The notes under the pieces were generated by a model. That model had not been told where the DNA came from, made no database searches, and saw nothing but the letters and a program-made list of their open reading frames with translations. From Lama guanicoe (taxonomy: Eukaryota), in NCBI GenBank assembly GCA_013239625.1, contig MU053934.1:3428399-3492398 (forward strand): a DNA stretch of 64,000 nt. Direction: 5' to 3'. Shown piece after piece: positions 12,566-24,700 of this stretch (within the stretch, counting starts at the first letter, position 1; each line of letters opens with the position of its first letter). Made by a program: the position numbers and the translations under genes.

Positions 12566-15500
12566 ACGTCCTTTTTCCTGGACCAGCTGCTTTGATGGCT
12601 CTTCTGAGCTAGGAGGGAGCCCAGAGGGGTCCAGGAGCGTGAGGTCTGGGGGCTGCCCCACCGACCTCTCTGTCTTTGCAGGTCAGGCCGTAGTTCCCCC
12701 TCCTCACCAGTCCCAGTCCCTACACCAGAAGAGGCCCTGTTCAGGGGCCTGTGGCCACTGCTGAGTCGCCAGAGAGGACCCAGGGCTATGGTGGGCCCAG
12801 AGCTGTCCCAGCTGGAAGCAAGTGGCTGCTCAGGCCTGCCAGGAGCCCCAGCTGCTGCAGGCGCTGAGGGGGAGGCCCCTGGCCGCTCACAACTTCCTCT
12901 TGCTGCACTCAGCCCTCAGAACAACTGCCATGCAGCACCACCCCAAGGTCCCTGTCTCAGCTTCTCCCTTTCCCCACAGGCTACTCCCGGGAAGCAGGGC
13001 GCCAATTGCAGCTTGTTCTGGAGAGGCCCAGGGACCCCGTGTGGGGCCCCCTGACCAGCTGCGTCACCCTCCCTCTGGCGTGTTTGTGCTGCTCTAACTG
13101 GGAGACTCAGGTCCACGCCTGGGCAGTGTCTCAGAGGCTCCCAGCTGAGAGAGCCAGCCAGTGTGGAGCAGAGGCTGAAGGGGTTAGTCCAGGGGCCTGC
13201 TCCTGTGCTGTGGAGCAGCCCTACGTGCCCTGTGTGCTCTGCTGGGGAGGGTTCCCGCCCCCCAAAGCCTGGGAAGGCTGCCCGCCATTTCTTTTTCCTA
13301 GCTGATGGTGGAAGTCCTGCACTGAAGACACCAATTTCACTTTGTCTAACCTAGTGTTTCCCAGTCTGAACTTGGCTGCTGAACCCCTTTCACAGATGCT
13401 ACTAAGAAGTGCTGGAGAACTGTCCAGCCCGCAGGTGTTCCCAGAGCCCAGCACACCTAACTCCCCAGCCGGTGTGCTTTTTCCCACTCAGCAGATAAGG
13501 GCCCTTCTCTGTGCTGGGCCGACACTGGAAGTGCAGGTTGAGAGCTTCTCCATGTGGGCCGAGCTGCCGAGGTCAGGAGAGTGGGAGCAAGGCCTCTGAG
13601 CCAGCCCTTCCAGCCCCTCACTCGCTGAGGCTATCAGATCCCTACTGTGTGACCCCGTCTGATGCAGTCCTCTTGCATTCTAGCCTCCAAGCACCCTGAC
13701 CTCTAAGCTGTGTGGCCCCTTCCTCTTCTCCCTGCCCCCGAGGCAGGACTCAGTCCTGCCTAAACCCTTGTGATATCTGAAAAATAGTTCTAGTTGGAAG
13801 GTTCTTCCTTTCAATGAAACAAAACCTTATTCTCTGTCCTGTCCACCTGGGGTCCCAGAAGCACCATCAGGAGGACACGCTCTACTGGCCATGGAAGGGT
13901 GGGCGTGGGCCTGTGTGTGACTGCCAGCTGGGAGTCTAGGCCTCTTCCAGGAGGGTCCCTAGCTTCCTGGGTGACTTTGAACAAGGTGCTTCCTTCTCTG
14001 GTCTTTAGGTTCCTTGTTTGAAAAGGTGAGAGGGACCCAGTGAGCTGTAAGGCCCTTCTGAAGCCTGAAGAGTCTTTGGGCAAAAGGGTCCCCCAGGCTG
14101 TCCGATGTCAGGATGTCACAGGGACAAGGAGGTCCCTTCCGTCTTTCGGACCACCCACCTTCCTTGTTCCTAGTCTATCCGTCCAGCTGTCTGTCCGTCC
14201 TGCAAGTGTCTCTTGAGCAGCCCCTATGCCAGGCACAGCCCTGTCCTCAAAGCTCACAGCCTGGCATGAAACGTGTGGACCAGGAGCACAACCACCAAGA
14301 GCTGGGAGGGAGGTAGACATGAAGAGCCCACATCTGTCTGAGGAGGTGGGGGACGGGAGGTCTGATCAAAGGAGGGGAGCCTTTGCCTCCTCTGCCTGGA
14401 GGAGTCCTTCCCTAAATCCTGTGTATCGATTCAAACAGAAGTCCAGAACTTCTGGGGTCTGCTGGCTGGAAGGGGGTGCACGTGGAAGGAGAGTTCTCTG
14501 TCTCTTCAAGGGTCACCCCCACCCCCACCCCAGGAGCAGTGGGACTTCCCGGGTCACGAAGCCACACTTCCACTTCTATTTGTGTGGCTGGAGGCAGCAG
14601 CTCTTTTTATCATTTTTTTTTTATAGCAACCACAGCACACTGTGCTCATCTGTTCATAGCCAAGAGAAACAGAGGCCACCGCTCGCCTGGGGAGCCTGTC
14701 TCTGCCGTTCACTTGGTGCCCCACCCCCACTTTCCGAAGGCCTCCTGGCCCCCCTCCTTACCCCAGCCCCTGGGGCACAGCAAGGCAGACAGGGGAGCCA
14801 GGCCTGAGGCCAGGCACTGCGCCAGACCTGCAGCATGCAGCCTCTTCCTGCAGCCTCTCCCTGCGGCCTCATTAAGCCCCTCCCTTAAACTGCCCTGTGA
14901 AAATGGGAAACCGAGGCTCAGAGAGCTTCTGAGGGCATACATGAGGCCTCAAGTCTGACCAGCCGTCCTGTGAGTTGTCCACCCTGACAGCACATTTCCC
15001 CCACCGCCTGAGCCTGCCCACCCCACCCCTCTGTCAGCTGCTGTCCTCTAGGGCTGGGGTTAAGGGCACATGCTCTCCAGGACTGTCAAGATCGTGGTGA
15101 GGTCCCTGTGCCTCAACCCCACCAAGAGTTCCCCAGGAAGTCTTTTTCGCTTGAGGAGAAGGCAAGGAAGTTTTCAGAGCCCCAGAAATCACACCACATG
15201 CCTAGCTGCTCTGGGCAGGAGCCTCCTCTTGGAGGGCAGCACGGATATGGCTGGCCACAACAATTTGTCAAGTGTCTAAGATAGGATGTTCTCACTCAGT
15301 CCTGCCACCCCTCAGCTGACCCCTGCTACCACCAGCTCAGTGCTGGCCACTGGCCTCCCTGCCCACATCCTGCTGGAGTTTCACCAGCAGATATGTCCCA
15401 GACTGTCAAAGGTTTCTGCAGACAACCTGTACTGAAGCCTCTGGGTCCCCCTAAGCAGCCACGGGGATCAAGGAGGGGTCAGGGACCAGCATTTCTGGAG

Positions 15501-15679
15501 TATCCAGGCAGAGCCATCTGGCACAGCAGGAGAGCACATGGGTGCTTTGGAGCCTCTCAGATCTGCTTTGTAACTTGGCCTCTACCACTTAGCCAGCTGG
15601 GGACCTGGGCCAGGAACCTGGATCTGTTCATCTACAAAACCGCATGATACCAACCTCACTGGAGTATGTACATGACAGT

Positions 15680-15722
15680 AAGTGCCATTGTCCCCAGGCA
15701 AAAGTGCCACTGTCCCCAGGCA
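15680..15722. repeat. 22-bp-period direct duplication
   Basis: AAGTGCCATTGTCCCCAGGCA (15680-15700) and AAGTGCCACTGTCCCCAGGCA (15702-15722), one mismatch. Confidence 0.85.
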
Positions 15723-15799
15723 GCAGGACACGTTTAGGCGGCAACTGAGGCAGGAATGCAGGTAAAGGGCCTTTCCACTCCTGACTCTACAGGCTAAAT

Positions 15800-15985
15800 A
15801 ATAAGAATCAGGGCCAGGCGCTGTCTTAAGCATTTTACATATTAACTTACTTAAACCTCTCAACAACCTGTTAGGTAGACGCTATTATTATTCTCAAGTT
15901 ACCTGAGGAGGACACAGGCTCAGTAAGGTCAATGACCCTACCCGCAGGTCGCCCAGCTAGTGAGAGGCTGAGCCCAGCTAACCCG
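15800..15985 (-). mobile_element. MIR SINE
   Basis: GCCAGGCGCTGTCTTAAGCATTTTACATATTAAC...AACAACCTGTTAGGTAG...GAGGACACAGGCTCAG, antisense MIR core. Confidence 0.7.
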
Positions 15986-18149
15986 CACCTTCCCCATCCT
16001 TAAGCTCTGTTCCTGCTGTCTTTGGGGTTGGAAGTAAATGTCCATTGATGTGATGTCTTCACTTGCCATTCAAGTCAGCTGTGTTTAGTGAGCTCCTGTG
16101 ACTATGGCGCATTACTAGGGCCCCAAGAATTCAGCGTGTGCCAAACAGGACCCAGGCCATCCTCGGGGGTCAGGGTGGGGGGGCTCAGCCAAGTCACTGG
16201 AGCAGGGGTTGGCTGATGACCTCTGCGGCCCCCCTTCTGCATTTGCAGCTCTAAAGCTGTGCGCTCAACACTCCCTGATTGAAAATCCAAAAGTCCACTT
16301 CTGAGTCCAAAAGTCTCTGATGACCACATCCTTCGAAGTATGATCCAAACTTCGGGGCTTCCAACCTTTTTATGATTCAACATCTGAGTGAACTTGAGCT
16401 TAAATATACCAGAAAATATACCCCTTACTCAGCCGAAAGGTACAGCAGCCCCACCAGGCTGGGCATGGTGGAGCCAGGTGCCTTTCCTGCAAAGGCTTTC
16501 GGGTCTGACTGAGGGGAGTCTGGAGCCCAGATGGGAGGCCCAGAGCTCAGATGGCCTGATTATATGGTTCAGTTATTTCCACAGCAGCTGCTCCTACAGC
16601 CTACATGGACTGACACCTCCCCAGTCCAGAGCTGGGAGCTCTGGCCTGGGCAAGACTAGGAGGGACAGAGGTAGAAGCCTGGCCTTGCCCTCAGGGACCT
16701 TCAGAACAGCTGGGGAAGTGGACAAGCCCAGGCCAGTGGGGCCTTGGCCAGAGGCAGGACTGGAACAGGGTGGGGAAAGCATGTAGCCTGGACATTTCCC
16801 AGACGGCAAGACAGTGGCACCTGGTGTCGTCACCGGCTTGGGAGTCTTCAGTTTCTTGATTCTGCACACAGTATGTTCTGCCCATTGCGGAGATGGGGGA
16901 AATAAGCCACCACGAAGTTCTGGGATCTGTCCAGTGAGGTAGAGGCCAAGGATAGAACCCAGGCATTGCAAAGCCCCGCCCTACATTTTAACAAGCCGGG
17001 TCTACACTGGATTCAGGTGCCTCCTTCCGCGGAGAGATTTCCCAAGCCCCGCCCCCTACTCCAGGGGCCTTCCAGTTGGAAGAAGAGAGGGAACCTGGCC
17101 TAGGATTAATCCTCTCATCCTGGCCTGAGGCTTTGATCCAGGCGCTTCCCAAGTTCCGGCTAGGATTCCACACTCAGGTGGCTCAAATAGTAGCATATGG
17201 AGGAGGGTTCCCTTTGCAGCCCCTCCCCACCCCGCCGGGGTCTGCCTGTTTCTCCTTTTGGAGAGTGGAGGGGTAGCCAGTGTCCAGCACGTGCCCACTG
17301 TGCCACGCTCCGTGCTGGGCGCTGGGCACACTGAGATGCTAGAGGTCCTTCCCTCATGAGTGCCCATTCTGTCTCCCCTACCCCTCACATACACTAGGTG
17401 CTCAAGTAATCTTCAAACTGAACTGAAACTCCAACAAGGCAAGGGCAGTGGGTGTGCCAGGACTCTCCTCCAATCCCCTCACTCTTTCCCCAGCCCTGGG
17501 GCTCGTGATGCCCAAGAGGTGTAGGGGTTCAGAGTATTAACTCGCAGTTATGGAGCATCTGCCCTATGTCCAACTCTGTTTCCGACCGAGGGCCAAAGAA
17601 ATAACTACTGCTGAATTTAGGGGGGTCAGCACAGCACCCACATCATTGCCTTACAAGAAGTTAGGGCAGGGACTGGGGAAGTCTGCCGGGAGAAGGGACT
17701 TGACAGAGGAAACTCGGTGTTGGGCTGGGAGAGAGCAGGGTATCAGGCAAGTGCTCTGGGAGGGCTCCCTGGGGCAGGAGGGTGGTGGGCACCCCCGTGA
17801 AAGGGGTGATGGGAGCAGGAGCATGGGTGCTGGAGAAGCAGACAGGGTACCTTGTCTGCTCTTCCAGGTGGGCAGGGTCAGGACAGCTGAGCTAGCAGGC
17901 CACCAGGGACAGTGAGTCCAGAGTTGCAGGGACTTGTCCAAGGGCACCGGGTGGCCCCAGGAAGCCAAAGCTTTCAGCCAATCTTCCAGCGGGGAGATGG
18001 GGATGACTTTTAGCTTAAGGTGGCCAAGAGGTCCTGTGGGGGAAGGGATCTAGGACAGCGTCCTTTGGGAGACCCAGTTGGGGCTGTCCTTGGCCTCTGC
18101 CTCCTAAGCATGGAACCTTGTTACCGCTTTAAGAGGGTGCCAAGGTTAT

Positions 18150-18720
18150 TTATACCCAGGGCCTGCAGGCCGGGCGGGTGGAGCAGGAACCCAGGAAGCG
18201 GTGCAGGCGCGCTGTCAGGAGCGGCTTACCTGCTTCCCGCCACCGGGGCTGGGCGGGGCGGAGCGGGGAGGAGGAGCCGCGCACACAACCTGTGGGCCGC
18301 CCGGCGGCCGGCGGACTCACACTCGCCAGGACCGGCGAGGGGCCCTTGGGGGGCCCCCGGAAGACGCGAAAGAGTGAGAAAACAAACTTGGAGAGCGGAG
18401 TGACCTGGGGGCCGGGGGCGGAGTCGCCAGCGGGGGAGGAGAGAGCGAGCAGCGAGCGAGAGCGCGGCTGGCCCAGGAAGCGGAGAGCGCCGCCCACCCA
18501 TCCGGGGCGAGAGAGGCGCCGCGGGCAGAGGCAGGCTGGGCCGGGGGCTGGGCGCTCGACCCCCACCGTGACCCCGCAGCCCCCAGCCCGCCCCCAAGAT
18601 GATGAAGAGGCAGCTGCATCGCATGCGGCAGCTGGCCCACACGGGCAGCTTGGGACGGTAAGAGGCAGCCCCCTCCCTTCCAGCCCCCGGCTCACCCCCC
18701 GTAGGACCCTAGGGGAGGTA
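18150..18720 (+). promoter_or_regulatory. SH3BP1 CpG island / promoter and 5' UTR
   Basis: Dense CpG, tandem GC boxes (GGGCGGGGCGG near 18250) and ETS-like AGGAAG motifs directly upstream of ATG 18599. Confidence 0.85.
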
Positions 18721-21700
18721 AAAGTGGGGGGGAGGTAGGGGACAGCTGGACAGCCACCTTCTGACTGGCCACTTCTCTTCCTCCCTTCTAAATGCCACCC
18801 TCACTTCCCAGCCAGAGCAGGAAGGGTAGGCACTGGCCTTTGGGGGAAGGGGCACCCCCACCCCCAATGGGAGGGCGAGTGGAGGATCAAAGATGCTGGA
18901 TCTTCTGTCTCCATGAGCCTCTAAATAGATGGTCCTCCCTGGCCTCACTTGTCCCCTCTGTACAATGGGGACTGTTATCTGGTTGCCTGAGGGGGAGGGG
19001 TGACCAGCAACCCAGACCTTAGGGGAGCGGAAGAGACAGGGTCCTCTCAGAGATGAAAGGAGGGGCCTGCCCCTGTCTGCCCGGTGCCTCTTCCCACTCC
19101 CCCACCCCCCAGCCGAGAGGCCTCCTGCTTCTCTATCTTGCTTCTGCTTTTCCCAGCCTCAGGTAGAAACATCCTCAGGTCCCCCTGTTCCTACCACAGC
19201 TCCTGAGCTGGTGGCCTGGAGGTCAGAAATTTGTGGAGCTCCCAGGGCCTGTCATCTCTTCCCCTTGCAGTGGGAGTTTCTCATTCTCTGGGCCCAGGGG
19301 AAGGGACTGAGTGTCCACAGACCTGTTCTAGTCTCACATTGGCGCAGACGCCTGTGTTAGCCTGGGTAGTCAGGCCACCTTGCTCCAGGCCTCAGTGTCC
19401 CCACATGTCCCCCGATGGAGGCCTAGGACCTGCCCATCGCTACAGTCCAGAGTCCTGTGTGACTGACAGCCCAGGAGTCCGAGTTCACACACTTCCTGTT
19501 CTTGGGGCCAGCCCGGGGCCTCCTCTGCCCTGATCAGCAGAATAGAGAGGCTCCCCCAGTCCCCTCTGGTTTTGTCCGCCCTCTCAGGACACAGCCCTGG
19601 GTGGAGGAGGAAAAAGCCTGTATCCTATTCCCGCCCCCGTGGAATGTGTTCCGACTGGGATGAGGCAGGCGGGCCACCCAGGACGGCCTGATCGGGAGGG
19701 GCACTGGAAGCAACTGGGGTTCAGGTGCCCTGTTTTGGGGGGGCCGGAGGAGGCAGGGGGTTTCCTAACCTGGGTCGGCTCAGCAGAAGCTCTCTCTCCC
19801 CCCACAGCACCTCGGAGACTGCTGAGTTCCTGGGTGAGGACCTGCAGCAGGTACATGCCTGGGCCAATAGTGGGTGGCAGGGCAGGCCTGTGCAGGCGGC
19901 CTGTGCAAGCTGTCAGCAGAGGGCCAGGCAGGGATGCCAGCTGGGGACCTGAGTTGAGTCATTCTCATGCTGTTGGCCTTGAGGTCCCCAGGAGTAGGAA
20001 AGAGAAAGGTAGATCCTGCTCTGGGGGAAAACTGGGGAGTGGGGAACAACCACCTCCCATGATCCATAACCCCCGGACCTCCTCCCAGGTGGAGCAGAGG
20101 CTGGAGCCGGCCAAGCGAGCAGCCCACAATGTCCACAAACGACTGCAGGCCTGTCTGCAGGGCCAGAGCGGGGCAGACATGGACAAGCGGGTGGTGAGTG
20201 GGGGTCCCAGGGAGGAGGGGCCTGGGCAGGACACCTCTGTCCAATGGGGCAGTGAGGTCACAGCTGGGGTCTCCCCGCCAGTATGCATCTCTGGAATCAA
20301 GGGAGTGGAGACTGCTCAGTCCTAAGGCCCCTCGGGCACCCCACTCATTAGATCCTATTTCTTCCCCATCCCCTTCTTGACCCCGCCCCCTCTGCACCAA
20401 TCCTCTGAGCCAAAGCCAGGCCTCTGACAGCACCTGAACCTCTCTGTCCAATCAGCACCCAGAGCAGGTGCTCTTAACTGGGCAGCGTCTGAGGGCTTCC
20501 TGAAGGAAGTGGCATTTGAGCTGGATTTTGAGTGTTACTCACTGGTATTAATCAACAAGCCAGTATTTATGGGTTGATTACTGCTAGTCTGTTGCTAAGA
20601 TATGTCAAAGCATTGCTTCACTTAATGCTGAAAATAACCGTAGGAGGAGACTGCCTTTAATAGCACTGTGTACAGAGGAGGAAATGGAAGCAGAGAGGTA
20701 AAGTGACTCACTCAAGGTCACACAGCTAGTAAGTGGCAAAACTAAGATTTGAACCCTGGTCTCTCTGACCAAAGCTGATGCTCTTCATTAGGCTAGGTAG
20801 GAATGGGGAGGCATATTTGTGATCAGATGATAATTGAACTTGACCAGAGCAATAGGGAGCCGTGGATGGTTTTCAGTTGTGCGGGGGCTCAGTCAGTCAC
20901 ATACGCTCTGAAGCAGAGGAAAGAGCCGTCTCCGAGGTGGTGTTCCTGGCTTCTCCACTTTCTTAACTGTGTGAACTTAGGCAAGCTGCACCCTCTGTTT
21001 TGAGTTTTCCGTTCAGTGATGGGACTTGGTCATTCCTTCCTGCCCAATCCAGTGGCTTTTGGGAGGGAGAAAAGGGACCCCAGGTGGATATTAGCTCTGT
21101 ACGTGGTCACAAGGAGATGTCACCTCCATGTACTTTGTCACCATCCTGCTTCCAATCCCACCTGTGACTGCAGCCCCCTGGGTTCCCGCCTTCCCTGTCC
21201 ATGCCCAGTGCCTTGGTGAGGTACTGCCCCCAAGGGACTTGCCATGTGCTCAAGTAGGGTGGAGGGAAGCCCAGGGGGTGAGCACACACATGCTCACAGC
21301 TAGCCCTGCCCCTCCCTGCAGAAGAAGCTTCCCCTCATGGCTCTGTCCACCACGATGGCCGAGAGCTTCAAGGAGCTGGACCCCGATTCCAGCATGGGGT
21401 GAGCACGAACTGGGGGCTTGGCCCTCACCTGGAGATGCCAAGGAGGGATCTGGGCTGAGAGGGGGTCCAGTTCACTGGGGAAAGATAACCAGTCTGGGGA
21501 GAGTGCCCTGGTCAGTGAGGGCAGCCAGACTTGGGAGGAGGGTGTGGGGCTCAGTGAAGATGAAGGAGAGATAGAGGGACAGGAGGGAGAGAGGAGGCCT
21601 GAGTCTTTCCAGATGGGGGTGAGGGGCTGTGGGAGCCTGGGCCCACTGGGTGCTGTGTCCACAGGAAGGCCTTGGAGATGAGCTGTGCCATTCAGAACCA

Positions 21701-24700
21701 GCTGGCCCGCATCCTGGCTGAGTTTGAGATGACCCTGGAGAGGGATGTCCTGCAGCCGCTCAGCAGGCTGAGTGAGGTGACTTAGCCCCGCCCCTAGCTT
21801 CCCCAACCTCTAGCTCCGACCTCCACAGCCCACTGAACCCTCCTCTGCCCACCCCCAGGAGGAACTGCCAGCCATCCTTAAGCACAAGAAAAGCTTGCAG
21901 AAACTGGTGTCTGACTGGAACATGCTTAAGAGCAGGTGGGAGCCACAGCCTTCAGGTGGGGTTCATGCCGGCCCATGGATGTGACCACAGAACTTAGGCC
22001 CTTCCTCCATGAGGAGGACACTGCAGGGCCCACTGAGAACAGTGTGTGTTCTTGTGCCATGCCCAGACCTTAGGAACATGTGACGGCACACGTGAGGGGG
22101 CCTCTGTGCGCATCTGTACATGTGCTTGTGCAGGTGAGGGTATCACCAAAGCCTAGGATAGCCATAAACCATTCTCCAAGATCCCTGGATGGTACCCAGG
22201 ACAGCCCCACCCTCTACTCTGGAGGTGTGTGGCTATGATCATCAAGCTCGCCACCAGGGGGCGACCCAGAGCACTTTGCGCAGACCCTGCAGAGGCCCAA
22301 GGCCAGCGCAGCTCTGGGATTTGCATCTGTAAATCCCAGAATCCTATGTGGTCAGGTATATGGAGGGGGCACTTGGCTCTGGACATGCTATGGGAACATG
22401 TCCCCACCTTGGGATTGTCCCCAGGCTCAGTCAGGCAGCTAAGAACTCAGGCAGCAATCAGGGCCTGGGCGGCGGCCCCGGCAGTTACAGCCACACCACC
22501 ACGGCCAACAAAGTGGAGACGCTGAAGGAGGAGGAGGAGGAGCTGAAGAGGAAGGTGGAGCAATGCAAGGTGAGGGCATATGGGGCTTTCTGGATGTGTG
22601 GGGGTGGCTGGGGTGGGTACTGTCCCCGTTTTGCAGGGGAGGAAACCAGAGCTCAGAGAGGAAACAGGACTTGCCCCAGGCCACAGAGCTAGGAAGCAGC
22701 AGAGCTGGGATTTGAACCCAGGAGTCAGGCACCAAAGTGTATACTAGGCATTACCTTGTAGCCTCTCCTGTTTATACCAGTCGCACAACAGCTGGAAGGG
22801 CCTGTTCACCCCAGGATCTCCGTGTGTTTGCAAAGTGAGTGAGTGAGTGAATGAAGGGTGGGTGAGTGAATGAGCGGCGAGTACCACAAGGCACTGTGCT
22901 AAGGTTATGTGGACACAGAGAAGAGGACTAGAAGCTGTAAAAGCCCCTCAAGGGCTTGAAGGGGCCCCTGTGGGCTGGCCCCAAGAGCCAACCTTGGCAG
23001 AGAGAGGAGAGCTGTCTGCAACCCTCCCCATACAGCTTGGGCAAGTCACTCACCCCTCCAAGCTTCCCTGCTGGGCCCCAGCCTCAATGATATAAACCCT
23101 CTCTGTCCCCAAGGACGAGTACTTGGCCGACCTGTACCACTTCGCCACCAAGGAGGACACATATGCCAACTACTTCATCCATGTGAGTCCAAGACCAGGC
23201 TCCAGCTACCCAGAGCTCAGAGGCCACTGAGACCCCCTGCGAGATGGTGGGAGGGAGGGGTCTGCATTTGTGACCCTGGGGGAGGCTCAGCTTCCCTCTC
23301 TTCCCTTGGGGGTGTCCCCTCGTCCCCACAGCTCATGGAGATTCAGGCTGATTACCATCGCAAGTCTCTGAGCTCTCTGGACACGGCCCTCGCTGAGCTG
23401 AGGGAGAACCACAGCCAAGCAGGTGGGGACACAGGTGGCCCTCAACCCACACCCCTGACCCCCACCCTGCTTGGGGCATGCTAAGAACCTTGCACTCCAT
23501 CCTGAAGGGCAATAAGAATACATGGATGAGTTCTGAGCAGAGGAGGACAGTTAGATTTGAGATGGAGAGGTTGCTCTGGCTGCAGCTCAGAGGATGGAAT
23601 GAAGGGGCAGGACTAGGGCCAAGAGACCTGTTAGGAGGCAGAAGGGAGGTGACAGTGGCCTGGACAAGGGTGGAGGCAGTGGAGGTGAGTGGATTAGGGA
23701 TGTTGGCTGATTTCAGGATGTTTGGCATGGATGGTCAATTGGCAGGTGGTAGCCCCTTGAGAACATCTCAGGGTGCCCCATCTGCCCTGACCTGGCTGCT
23801 CAGGAGTAGGAGGACCCTAGGCCGCTGATCTGTCTCGTCCCTGCAGACCCCTCCCCCTCGATGATGGCCGCCCCCTTCTCCAGGGTGTATGGGGTGTCTC
23901 TGGGAACCCACCTGCAAGAGCTAGGCCGGGACATCGCCCTGCCCATCGAGGCCTGCGTTGTGATGCTGCTTTCTGAGGGCATGAAGGAAGAGGTGGGGCT
24001 CGCTGGGGCGGGTGGGGAAGGAGCACCAGGGCCCTCACTCAGTCTCACAGCTTGCTGGTACGGGGGCCTGAGATCCCACCATTAGCACACAGGTCCCGGG
24101 AGAAGGCATGGCCTCCTGCTGCTGAGTTGACACCACCTTCCACTTAGTGATGCTCGTATGGGCCAGGCACTGTGCTGTAAGCCCTTTGCATTCCTTGCTC
24201 CATTGGGTTATCCCAGTAGCCCTTGGAGGGAGCCCTCATTAGCACCATTTTGCAAGGGGGAGACAGGCCAACAGGTAGATGTGCCCAGCGGCAGGTGACA
24301 AGGTGGCAGTGAAGCCAGGACTCCATGTGAGTCACTGCCACTCGCTGCCCTCACCCGTCCTTTGCACTCGGTCAAGCTAGTACATCGCTGCTTTCCTGAA
24401 GACAGACCCTTAGGAGGTGGATCACACTCTAAGAGGATCTTCTGCTTCCCGACAGACCTGCTGGGCCTCCTGTCTTTTTTCTGCTCCCAACCAGACTCTT
24501 GTCTCCCCATAACTTTTCCTAGCTCCTCCCAGACTTTGCACTTTGCTCAGAATCCTAGACCTTGAGAGTTGAGAGGAACCACAGACACAGTGATGTCCAC
24601 TCAGCCCACCAAACCAGTGGGGCCCCCAAGGCCTACCCCAGGCTGGGAGTGAGCCAGGGCCTCCCAGCCAGGGTGTCCAGCCCTGCCCAGCTCTCCGTGA

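Noticed and set aside
12600..18100. Hidden protein-coding gene between GGA1 and SH3BP1 (e.g. ORF 14226-14807)
   Set aside because: No recognisable protein features or coherent exon chain; MIR-type fragments are present.
19639..20451. 228-aa (+) and 223-aa (-) ORFs
   Set aside because: Only the SH3BP1 exon 3 portion is protein-like; the rest is intron read-through or antisense shadow.
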